64,000 nucleotides of DNA, from positions 149,484,001 through 149,548,000 of the forward strand of contig NC_058368.1 in assembly GCF_018350175.1 (NCBI RefSeq), in the 5' to 3' direction. Shown here piece by piece: positions 11,606-22,690 of this stretch. Numbering within the stretch: position 1 is the stretch's first letter; the number at the start of each line of letters is the position of its first letter. The position numbers were made by a program, and so were the translations under genes. Below the pieces are notes generated by a model. That model was not told the DNA's origin and did no database searches. It worked only from the letters and a program-made list of their open reading frames with translations. This stretch comes from Felis catus. Lineage: Eukaryota.

Positions 11606-11953
11606 CCTCTGTTAGGCTTTTCTGATACCTTAGGACATATTTTGCTAATGGAAACTCAAAACAAGTCGATATAAAACACAGACGCTCACAGACACAGTTC
11701 AAAGCTATGACCACTTGATGCGGAGATGCTGAGTATAGTTCTGGGGAAGGAGTTTAATGGACTCACTCTTGCTGCTCAGGGTGCAAACTGCCTCTATAAC
11801 AGAGCTCTCTGCAAAACAAACACCAAATGTTATTTTCACAAAGCAAAAATCCTCTTTGGCTTTCTTTCATTTAGTGAAAACAAGTACTAATATATGTCTT
11901 TTATAAAAATGAAGCGGCATAATGTGAACTTTAGAAAAATGAGGCATACCGGT
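11439..11953. mobile_element. Non-autonomous TcMar-Tigger-type element (MER82-like) containing an (ATA)n expansion at ~11564-11604
   Basis: 'tgctatccgaaaatagagcgttcctatgaaaactttc', 'gacgctcacagacacagttcaaagctatg', 'gaagcggcataatgtgaactttagaaaaatgaggcatacc'. Confidence 0.65.
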
Positions 11954-12423
11954 GTAATCAAGTGGTTATTTACCAACCGTGTAATCTACAGATTCCTGCT
12001 TTGCCTTTACTGTAGCATTTTTTTTTTTTGTATAGAAAAACAGTTTGGAAAGGGCTCAGAGTGAGAAAGGAGCTGGAGAGTGAAAGTTGCATTTAGTGTG
12101 GACTTCTGTAACAGAGTTAATGTATGCTTAAGTCTGTGGGAAGAGAGATGTGGTTTGAGAGGTGTTAAAACCCATTTACATTTAGCGGATTAGACCACCT
12201 GCTGCACGGCAATATCCTAAGGGAATAGATTGAGAACAGCTCAGTTTTGATGAGAAAGGGAGTAAAAACCAAAACATGGAAGTTATTTGGATAAGATTTC
12301 AAAATCTATGCATTAGACACCTCAGGAGGGAGCCCTTGATACTAAAGAGGTTCCAGCATGAGGATCCAGAGTTCCTGGTGGAGACTGGAAAGGAATAATG
12401 AAGAGGGGTTAAAAACAGAGATG

Positions 12424-12628
12424 GAGGTGCATCTGGGTTACTTAGTCGGTTAAGCGTCCAACTGTTGGTTTCGGTTCAGGTCATGATCTCATCGTTTGTG
12501 GGTTTTAGCCCTGATCGGGCTCAGCACTGACAGTGTGGAGGCTGCTTGGGACTTTCTGTCTCCCTACTCTTTCTGCCCCTCCCCTGCTCACTCTCTAATT
12601 CTTTCTCTCTCTCAAAAACAAACAGACA
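12424..12628 (+). mobile_element. Can-SINE (SINEC_Fc2-like)
   Basis: 'cttagtcggttaagcgtccaactgttggtttcggttcaggtcatgatctc', (CT)-rich tract, A tail. Confidence 0.92.
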
Positions 12629-12679
12629 AAAACCAGACGTGTGGGTACTTAGGAAGGCAGATGAGGAATAGTTTTTGTA

Positions 12680-12885
12680 GTTTTTTTTTAAGTTTATTTA
12701 TTTTCAGAGAGAGAGAGAGCACAAATGGGAGAGGGGCAGACAGAGAGGGAGAGAGAAAATTCCAAGCAGACTCCACGCTGTCAGTCCAGAGCCCCATCTG
12801 AGGCTCTATCTCATAAACTGTGAGATCATGACTTGAGCTGAAACAAGAGTCAGACACTTAACCAACTGAGCCACCCAGGTGCCCC
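12680..12885 (-). mobile_element. Can-SINE (SINEC_Fc2-like)
   Basis: Poly-T, (AG)n, ends 'actgagccacccaggtgcccc'; tgtagtttt on both flanks. Confidence 0.95.
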
Positions 12886-14238
12886 CATTTATGTAGTTTT
12901 TATACTCAGAGTATCATGATTTAATCGTGGAAAGAGCATCTGGCTCCCAGTCATTTTTATATCAACATAACATGCCTTACATTTACCATCTTTTAGAGAC
13001 AATCATTCAGAATGCCAAGCCCTAGGAATCTCATTAGGCATGTTCAGAGGGGTTACCTTTCTGAGGCATGAAAAGTGTGCTACTTTAAGGTGCACCTAAA
13101 TGCTATAATTAAAGTATCACAATATACAAGTAGGTAAATTCACAGTTAGAGGTAAGCCAGAAGTTCTAAAGTATTTGGACTTATTCCATTTAGCTCTTGG
13201 GCAAGTCACCTGACCTCTTTACCTGATTTTTTCCCATAGTTAAAACAGGGCAAATCACTTCTCTCCTGCCGTGTTTCATGGGAATATATACTGGGTGCAT
13301 TTTAAAGAAGTATGTAGGAGGTCAGTATTATACTGAACATATGGAATCTTCCTAGATGAACTTCAAAATATTCCATTATTTTTGTTTAAAAAATGTAAAA
13401 TTCCACTTCAGTTACCCTTCCTCTGTACCATTTTCCTCACAATGTTATCATTGTACATATTCTAAAATTAACAGACATACTTCCTGCTGAAGCACCGATT
13501 GCAGATAAAACAGGGTTATGGACTCTAAAAAGAACAAAGACCTATACACAAAAGACTTTTTCTCCCAGAGGTAAGAAAATTCAGCTTGAAGGATTGGCAA
13601 ACACCCAATACATTATTCAGCATACCTGTATATTATCTGGGTCCACTCTCGCAAGCCAGCTAAATGGTGAGAACTACTCTCTGAAGATTAATTCTGTTTC
13701 CTTTCATATTCTCCATTGAAGTCTCTCTTGTTATAATTTACTTCCAAAACTTCAGTTTCCAGGTTACATGCAATATTAAAAGCAGTGGATTCACACTTTT
13801 AAATTGCTGTTCTTCCTCATTCTCATGCTTCTTTTCAGAAAACACACCAAAAAAAAAATGACCAACTGATTCAGATAACCATATAATTTACAGATGGAGA
13901 TTCTGTGGTGCCATCATAAGACTTTTGCCCTCCTCATTGTTAAGCTAATTCTGTTCAATCATCAAAAGAAGGTAAACTTCTCAAAGAAAATGACTGATAA
14001 TTAATCTCCCAGGACAAAGAGAATGGAGAACAATAAAAATAGGGTCTTTTCTCATTTTTAGTCATTCAGGCTTTCATTTTGAAATCCAACACTATTGGGC
14101 TGAAAACACAATATCCTTTAAGAAAAAAAGAAAATAATATATTTTGGGGTATAATTTTGTTCCAATTTATAATCATTTCTTTGAAAAAATTTTGTAATTA
14201 TGTAATTTTGTATTTGTGTAATTCTGTTAAGACTTGAA

Positions 14239-14418
14239 TTTTTTTTATTTTTAAAATTTATTTTTATTTTTTGAAGAAGGACACGTGTGCACAAGCAGGG
14301 GAGAGGCAGAAGGAGAGGGAGGGAGAGAATCCTAAGCAGGCAATCACACCACTGTGGGATCATGACCTGAGCCTAAATCAAGAGTTGGACATAACCAACT
14401 GAATCATCCAGATGCCCC
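14239..14418 (-). mobile_element. Older Can-SINE, internally shortened
   Basis: 'gggatcatgacctgagcctaaatcaagagttggac..gatgcccc'; TSD aagacttgaa at 14229-14238 and 14419-14428. Confidence 0.9.
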
Positions 14419-14989
14419 AAGACTTGAAATGTTTTTGAAGCCTTCTCCCACTCCCCAAAGACCAAATTAGTTTTAAATGAGTCTCCTCTTCCCACAGAGA
14501 GAAAATTTTTACAGTCATCTGATAGATGCACTGTGATATATTATTTGGGTGATTCACTTCTCTGTCCTCAACATTTAATTCACTTGATAAGCATATGAAC
14601 ATCCCCAAACATACTATATACTCTTCTGCCTTCTGGGCCAAGTCTTCAGGAGTTACCTTTATATGTCGTTGCTACTCATAGACCCCTCAGCTTCATCCAT
14701 CAGAGTGTATGTACCCCGTTTCTCATTCCAGAGTAGGGTAGAGCCAGAGGGTATTCCTTGTCTAGAGCCACATACATTGTGTTCATATTTTACTTGAAAA
14801 AAAAAGGGGGGGGGTGAAAATAAGGTGGATGGCGAAAAAGAGAAAAAGAAAATGATCTGGTGAGTAACTTTCAGGTATGGATAGCAAAATCTTTGGAAGC
14901 CGAATTTCACTAACTCTTACTTCTCTTGGCAATCAAAGAAAAGTATATATATAAGAACAAAAAATAAATGCCCCAGTAATAATGCTGTT

Positions 14990-15220
14990 CAGTGAGAAAT
15001 AGTAGAATCTCGGTTAGGAGATCCATTCTAGAGCCTGAATGTTCTGCCCTTATTATATCTTTGGAAAGTTTCTTAACCTTACAAGTTCTTCAGTTTACTC
15101 ATTTGTACAGTGGGGAAGTTTTACCTGCATTAAAAACTATTGTGAGAATTAAATCAGTTGCACTTACAATATTGAGCTCAGTGACTAGCATGAAGTTTAG
15201 GACTCAGTTATATTAGCTGT
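14990..15220 (+). mobile_element. MIR
   Basis: 'ttggaaagtttcttaacctt..cagtttactcatttgtacagtgggg..attgtgagaattaaat'. Confidence 0.75.
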
Positions 15221-15856
15221 TAGCTTTTAGCATACCTATCTTCACTTCATTGTGGTCCAGCCCTAATATTTTCATCATGAGAGATCAACAGAATCAGATA
15301 AGTTAATAAATCCCATTTCTTCATGGAAAAAAAGCAACTCTTTTTATCTGACTCAGAATTTTTAAATAATACTCATACTTTCTGCTCTGAAACTTGGCTA
15401 ATTTTGTTGGCCATCCAAATACGTGTTTATTTCCTTTTATCTTTTTGCATTTATCAAGCTTACCAATGTAAGTCTCTTTAATACAGAGTACTGTGGAAAT
15501 TTCTACATCAGTAGTCTACATTTTAAATCAATTGACCCAAAATTAAATCAGTCAATGAACCAAATGCCAGACATTGTCATAAAAACAATGGGCCTACTAC
15601 TAAAATTGTGCCTAAAATGTGATTTCAGGAATAAATGGAAAATTAGTCCTGGCAGAAGTTAAATTTTAAAATGTTAACAGTGTGGTGCATTGCAGGGAGA
15701 GAGGAGAAACATGGAACAAAGATAAAGGTAGCTGATTAGAGAATCTGTGTGTGACCTGAATATCAGAAGTTTGGGACTTTAGAGGTACACAAAGGGGAAT
15801 AACAGAAGACTTCCGTTCTCACAATTTTTTTCTAATAATCGATAAGTTGACAATTC

Positions 15857-16062
15857 TTTTCTTTTTTTTAATGTTTACTTATTTTTGAGAGAGAGAGTTC
15901 AAGCAAGGAAGGGACAGACCAACGAAGACACAGAATCTGAAGCAGGCTCCAGGCTCCAAACTGTTAGCACAGAGCCCAACGTGGGGGTCAAACTCATCAA
16001 CCACAAGATCATGACTTGAGCTGAAGTCAGACACTTAAGTGACTAAGCCACCCTGGAACCCC
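15857..16062 (-). mobile_element. Can-SINE (SINEC_Fc-like)
   Basis: 'acagaatctgaagcaggctccaggctc..gatcatgacttgagctgaagtcagacactt..ccctggaacccc'. Confidence 0.93.
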
Positions 16063-16084
16063 AAAATAAATAAATATTTTAAAA

Positions 16085-16172
16085 AATACCTTCACAGAAA
16101 GATCTAGAATGTTTGAATAAGTATCTCAGTACCATGGCCTAGTCAAGTTGACACATAAAGTTAATCATCGCA
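16085..16172 (-). mobile_element. MLT2-type LTR terminal fragment
   Basis: 'ctagtcaagttgacacataaagttaatcatcgca' is the reverse complement of the MLT2-like start tgtgatggttaattttatgtgtcaacttgac. Confidence 0.75.
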
Positions 16173-16173
16173 A

Positions 16174-16393
16174 GGGGCGCTGGGCGGCCCAGTTAGTTAA
16201 ATGTCTGACTCCTGGTTTTGGCTCAGGTCATGATCTCGGTTGGTGAGTTTGAGCCCTGCATTAGGCTCTGCACTGCCAGTATGGAGCCTGCTTAGGATTC
16301 TCTCTCTCAACTGCTTACTCTCTCCTCTGCTCTAAATAAATGAATGAATGAATGAATGAATGAATGAATGAATGAATGAATAAATAAATAAAT
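16174..16393 (+). mobile_element. Can-SINE whose tail expanded into (TGAA)n
   Basis: SINE head and body; ~10 TGAA units at 16341-16380; degenerate TSD taatcatcgcaa / taaccatcacaa. Confidence 0.92.
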
Positions 16394-17799
16394 ACTAACC
16401 ATCACAACTAGTTAGAGTGGATTTTTTGGTCCATGATGAAAAACTCTAATATTTCACAGCATTTCATGTAATCCAATAATAACCTTGAAGGTTAAGAATT
16501 GCAATCCTTATTTTATGAGTAAAGAAACCAATTAAGGAAAATGTTTTGCACTGCTCTGGGAAGTTAAAAAGCTAAAGATTTGAAGCCAGAACTCAAGAAC
16601 CCAAATCCAGCGCTCCTTTGATTACAGCTCTATTGCCAATAAATCCATTTAGGCAAATGAAATTAACCACATCGAAAAATTGAGCTATTACAAGAGCAAG
16701 TTCTAACCTTAAGTGTGAAAAGAAATTATATATCTGTTACATAGCTACAATTTGGGTCTAGAGTAGAGTTTTAAGGAAAAAGTAGATTTTAAGATGGGTA
16801 AGATTTGTATACATGCTAAGGAAAGAGTGAAAACATTCCAGGTAAAAGAAACAGAACAAGACAAATGCAGGGGGTAGATATAAGCATGAATATGTGGAGG
16901 TTGGTAAGGTGTCTGGGCTGACTAGAAAAGTAGTGAGGGAAGAAATTTGATGTCTAGATTGGAAGAGATTATGGCAATGTTAAAATTGATAACATAAGTA
17001 ACCATTACAGGTTTGGGGGCTGAGAAGCATCTTGATGAATATGGTGGTCAACTATTATTCCTATTCTAGTGGCTCCCAGTCTTCATTTCTAGTCCTGGCT
17101 CACCAACTGTATTTTTTCACCTGATCCTAAAACATGTTTTATAACCAGCTCAAATCTCTCATTCCCAATGTCAGCCATTTTTCTCCCAGACAGGCTCTGC
17201 TCTTTTTTTTTTTTTATATAAGCATGGTATTGTTATTTCTTCCATTCTTCCAAACTACATCTTTTATGTTTCCTTCTTTTTGTCCCCTAGTTCTAATGTC
17301 CAACAGGGCATCGTTTCTTCATTTCAGTTATCACTTGAGAACATGGTAAAATTTAGTGCATCTCCATGTGCCCAGATTACAATAGTAGCTTCTTAACTGA
17401 TCTCTCTGTTTCTGGCATAAGGGAGGGTTGTAGAAAAAATATGCTCTCAACATAGTGACTGGCTCTCCAAATTCTAAACGTTATTTACAGCCTAGGTAGT
17501 AAAAAGGCTACCTCTGCTCTAAAGATTTGGCATAATTGTTAGAAAGAGGTGAGTGTATTCAATATATTCCCCAACCCCTACCCCCAGGCAGAATTAATTA
17601 TTCCCATAGGACTCTAAACTTGCCTAAAGATAGGATATATCACATTGTTTTATAGTTAATTATTTATATGCCTGTCTACCCCCAAAGAGTAAGATTTTTA
17701 ATTCAGCACCATACCACTTTTTTACCATTAAGCTCTACCCTCTAACCTGTCATAGCCCCACTTCCGTGTACTAAATTTAGAGCTAATTAGCATTATAAT

Positions 17800-19272
17800 T
17801 ACCGTTACAAACAATTATTTCACATATCTCTTCCTCCATCTTTCTTGGCAAAGCCTCATCCTGATTACATTTACCTATTTTACCCATCCATCCCTGCATC
17901 CAAACAACTGAACTTTGCTGGAGAGTAATATAAATCAGGCTAACGGATCTCACTACAATTGAGAACATATTTATGAACATGTACACAGTGATAAAATCAT
18001 CCAACACAACACAGCAATATTTTCATACTTGTTGTTTTGCCACTCTCCAAATTGAATAGCTCACACCCTGAACTCTCTCCTAGAGCCACCTGTAGTCCCC
18101 CATTTCACATGCAGCTGTTGATCTTATCTCATACTTAAAATTTAAAAAAAAAAAAAGCACTCCAACCAGAGGTGTCTCCTCTACTTTCCACAGATCTGCC
18201 AATAAACCTCTGTTTGCATAGATACTTCCCTTATTTCCTGCATTTGTGAATGAACTATCCTTGCTGGAGTCCACTTGTATTCTGGATTCCAGACACCCAT
18301 TTCTTCTCAGGATGTTTGTTCCTGAACTTTGTCTGCACCATCAGTTTTTTCTTTTCTTCTCTCTCTTAATCTCCCTTCCTCCCTGCCCCCTATCCTCTGG
18401 ATTATATCTATCATCCCTCAGTTTTTTAAAATACTTTCACTGACACTACATCCTCCTCCAATCAACACCCCATTTTTATCTTCTTCATAGTGAAAGTGTC
18501 ATCTGTACTTTTTCACCTCAAAGTCTCTTCTTAACTTACTCCAATTAGGTTCATTCTTATACCCTTCCATAGAGACTGCTCTTGGTAAGGCAAATAATAA
18601 CCTCCATATTGCCAAGCCCAACGGCTTATTTTACTTGATCTTATTTTACTTGATCTCTCAAGAACATTCATTGGCACTGATTGCTTCTTGAAAGACTTAC
18701 CTCCTAACATAAGTGTGGGATTATTTTCCTACTACTGGTCATTCTCAGTGTCCTGCTTGCTTGCCTTTTATGATCACTAAATTTTGGAGTGATGTGGGCC
18801 TCACTGCTGATATTTTTTTTCTTTTCTATCTACATATTTTACATAGGTTATTTTATTCAGTTCCATGATTTTAAATATCATCTAGTTAATGAATTGTTCC
18901 ACATCTATATATCTAAACCTAACCTAGTCTCCAAACTCCTATATATAACTTCCTTTATTATGTCTCAATTTGGATGTCAACTATGCATCCAAAAGTTGAC
19001 ATTATCATAGCAGATCTCCATATTCCTACCCCATTCACACTCACAAACTTGCTTTTCTTCCCAATTTCCCCCATCTTAGTGCTAATTTACTATCTACATA
19101 GATGTTTAAGGCAAAAATCCTGAGAAATCATTCTTGGTTCATTTCTATTTCTACATCCTCCACTTAATCCATTAACAGGATCATAGATCTTCCCCAAAAC
19201 ATATTTCATATCTGTCCACTTTCTGCTTCCTCTCTTGACCTTTCATACTCCATTTCTTCACAATACACTGTG

Positions 19273-19325
<53 letters not shown>

Positions 19326-20090
19326 TAAATGTTTTATTGTTTTTGAAAGAGTACAAATGGGGTTGGGGCAGAGAGAAGGGGACAGATGATCTGAAGCAGG
19401 CTTTGCACTGACAGCAGCGAGCCTCTTATAGAGCTTGAACTCATAAACTGTGAGATCATGACCTAAGCGAAGTCGACGCTCAACAGACTGAGCCACCCAG
19501 GTGCCCCTACCCCATAGGATCTTTTAAAACTACAAACTATTTTAATGTTTCACCCTTCACCTTCCTGTCAAGTAGAAAAAAACACAAAACTTTTCCCTGG
19601 CTTACTGCTGCCATTTGTCTTTTAACATTCTTTCCCTCAACCATCATGCTGTCTCCACACTTATGTTCCTTCTGCTCAAATACAAAAGATGTGTTTCTAC
19701 CTTGAAATTATTGCACTGCTGTGCTCTCTGCTTTGAGTGCTTCCTCCCAATCTTCATGGGACCAGTTCTTAATGGCTATTCAGTTCTTATTTCAAATGCC
19801 ACCTCCTCAGAGAGACTTTTTTTTTCTACTCATCGGTCTAAATTACTAACAAATTACTTCTTATGAGATTGTCCTTTTATAACTTTTTTGCATAGTTAAC
19901 ATTTGATTTTTCTTATTAAATAATTATCCATTTATTCATGCTTTCTGTTATTTTTTATTAACTACCACACTAGAATGTAGCCTTCATGGGAAATTATTCC
20001 ATATCTGGTTTGTTCCCTGCTATATCTGTAGTGCCCAGAAAAGTGATTGTCAGATTATAAGAATTCAATAATTTAAGTTAATGGGTAATG
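17800..20090 (+). mobile_element. Long decayed L2 including its 3' end, interrupted by a SINE at 19277-19507
   Basis: 'cctccatattgccaagcccaacgg', 'cagttccatgattttaaatatcatcta', 'caaatgccacctcctcagagagac', 3' end 'cactagaatgtagccttcatggg..gtagtgcccagaa'. Confidence 0.8.
19277..19507 (-). mobile_element. Can-SINE with (TC)n expansion at the tail end
   Basis: Ends 'gactgagccacccaggtgcccc'; (TC)~23 at 19277-19322. Confidence 0.93.
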
Positions 20091-20094
20091 AGAT

Positions 20095-20442
20095 CTATGG
20101 TAGTCATTAGTGCCCCTGATAGAATTAAACTCCTTGGCTCTTTGTAGTTGGGTGTGGTCACATAACTAGTTTGGGCCCAAAAGTTGTGAGCAGAAGTGAT
20201 TTGCACCACTTTTGGGTCAGAACATTTAATGTGAATGCAATAACCTACAGAATTCTCTATCATGTAAAACATTTGGGAAATCTATCAGCCTGTCGTGGAG
20301 GAAGGACAATGATGACATAGGAACAGAGCTTCCAGCCATTCACGATAGACAGATACCATGAGCAAGAAATAACTGTGTTTTTAAGTCATTGAGATATTGA
20401 GCTTTTATGTTACATAGCATAATCTAGGCTATCCTGATAAAT
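20095..20442 (+). mobile_element. MaLR LTR (MLT1I/J-like)
   Basis: 'gtagttgggtgtggtcacataactagtttgggccc..gtgagcagaagtgat', 'ttaagtcattgagata..gttacatagcataatctaggctatcctga'. Confidence 0.8.
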
Positions 20443-20537
20443 AAAAGATTATAATCTTTTTTTTTCTTCATCTACACATGTGAAAAAATAACCCTTACCA
20501 AACTTTTCAGGATATTTGTCAGAATTATTGTAAATTA

Positions 20538-20790
20538 AAGCTAATATTTATTGAGCACTTCTATGTGCCACACATAGTGCTAGCTAAGCTCATGGTATGT
20601 AAATATCTTGCATAATTCTTGTGACAGCCTTTTGAGGCCTGTTATGTCACTCTGCCCATTTTACAAATTAAGAAACTGAGCTGCAGAGAGGTTAGTTAAC
20701 TTGCCTAAGATCACGCAGGTAGTGAGTGGCAGTGTTGGGACTTAGAATCTAAACCTAAGCAATTTGTCCCAAAAGCTTGTGGTTTTTGAA
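20538..20790 (-). mobile_element. MIR, near full length
   Basis: 'gctaatatttattgagcacttctatgtgcca', 'cccattttacaaattaagaaactgag', 'ttgcctaagatcacgcag'. Confidence 0.88.
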
Positions 20791-21954
20791 AAAGATAAGA
20801 TACATAAAGCATTGTCATATTGCCTAGCACACATTATTTTCTCAGTTGGTAGTGATAATTTAACAGCATATTGAATTTCTAGGGAACTACACAAGCTCAA
20901 AGTGTTTGTTTTGTCATCTTCAAGACTTTGTCTTTTCTTAACACTTAGTAAGAAATGCCTAAAAAGCTGTGTTTACAGAATAGAGTGAGATTTGGCGTTC
21001 ACTTGGTTACTTTGATCAAGACAGCAATGACCATCTTGGCTCCAGTTGATTTATTTTAGGAACCTAATACAAAGTTAAAATATGGGCCTTTTTTAGGAAC
21101 TCAATAAGTATGCATGCAGTAGAAAGGTATCTACTAACTTCCCAGAAGTATATTTGGCATTGTGGGATTAAGTTTGAATGGAAACCTCAAGAACAAGTAA
21201 AACTGGTAAAGAATAGTAGAGGACTGAATTTTTAAATGCCACTCTATATGGACAGACCGTAAACTACATAAACCCAACTGCACTCTAAATATTGACATTA
21301 ACTTTTGAAAGCATGGTTGTTAAATTTCAGACAGAAGTAGAACTCTTACTTGCTAGAATCTTACTGCTTTTTTTTAAATGATGGAAACTTGTCATATGTA
21401 TAAATTTCTGAGAACCTAGGACAGCTGAATATTTGAATAAATTTAACTAAAACATTCTTCCATTCTTTAAAAATGAATTGCAGTAGGACAGGCAAAAAAA
21501 TATTAGAGTTGAGACATGGAGTTTATACATGAAGGAGAAGTTAAGCTAAATCAGGAAGAAAGCATAGAAAGGAGGAAAGGAAAATGAAAGAAGAAAAATG
21601 GCTGGAATAAAAATGGCCCTTGATAAATAGTTTGTTTATAATAATTCTTACATATCTTCATTTGATGACTCGGGAATATTCAAATTCAACGCACCAGTTC
21701 CTCAAACTTTAAAAAAAAAAATACTTGACTGTGTTTTGATGGGGACCATTTGGAGAATTAATTCTCAGCATATCAAAGATTATGTCCTCCTCCCTCATTT
21801 TTTCTTCCAATAATATATTGTAATGACTCATTATCCTGTGCAAGGATGCTATGAAAATAATGTTTATGCAGATGGAAAACTGGTCTGTTTAAAAATAGGA
21901 AGTTATTTCAAATTCAAAAATATAAAAAGTGTAAATTTTACTTTGAAATTTTTG

Positions 21955-22690
21955 TTTGTCTTTTTTAAAAATATAATTTGTTGTCAAGTTAGCTAAATAT
22001 AGGGTATACAGTGTACTCTTGACTTCAGGCATAGATTCCCATGATTCATTGCTACATGTAATATCCAGTGCTTATCCCAACAAGTGCCCTACTCAGTGCC
22101 CATCGCCCATTTTCCCCTCTCCCCACTCCATCAACCCTCAATTTGTTCTCTGTATTTAAGAATCTCTTATTATTTGCCTCCCTCTCTGTTTGAAACTATT
22201 TTTTCCCCTTCCCTTCTCCCATGGTCTTCTAAGTTTCTTAAATTCTACATATGAGTGAAAATATATGATATCTGTCTTTCTCTGACTGACTTATTTCACT
22301 TAGCATAATATCTTCCAGTTCCATCCACATTGTTGCAGATGGCAAGATTTCATTCTTTCTCATTGCCAAGTATGCACTTGTATACCATTGTATATATAAA
22401 CCACATCTTCTTTATCCATTCATCAGTTGATGGACATCTGGGCTCTTTCCATAGTTGGGCTATTGTTGATAGCGCTGTGATAAACATTGGGATACATATG
22501 CCCCTATGAATCAGCATTCCTGTATCCTTTGGATAAATTCCTAGTAGTGCTATTTCTGGGTTGTAGGGTAATTCTATTTTTAATTTTTTGAGGAACCTCC
22601 ACAGTGTTTTCCAGAGCAATTGCACCGGTTTGCATTCCCACCACAGTGCAAGAGGTTTCCTGTTTCTGCACATTCTCACCAATATCTGTT
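21955..22690 (-). mobile_element. 5'-truncated felid-type L1 (ORF2 C-terminus plus 3'UTR)
   Basis: ORF 22350-22682 matches the L1 ORF2 C-terminus (LWKTLWRFLKKLKIELPYNPEIALLGIYPK..CPSTDEWIKKMWFIYTM). Confidence 0.95.

Noticed and set aside
14659..14792. Slight resemblance of VKYEHN..STLLWN to a prostaglandin EP3 receptor C-terminal splice tail
   Set aside because: Splice phase and nucleotide sequence do not fit, and no other exon of that gene is visible
22350..22682. 110-aa ORF
   Set aside because: Fragment of L1 ORF2 in a 5'-truncated, inactive copy
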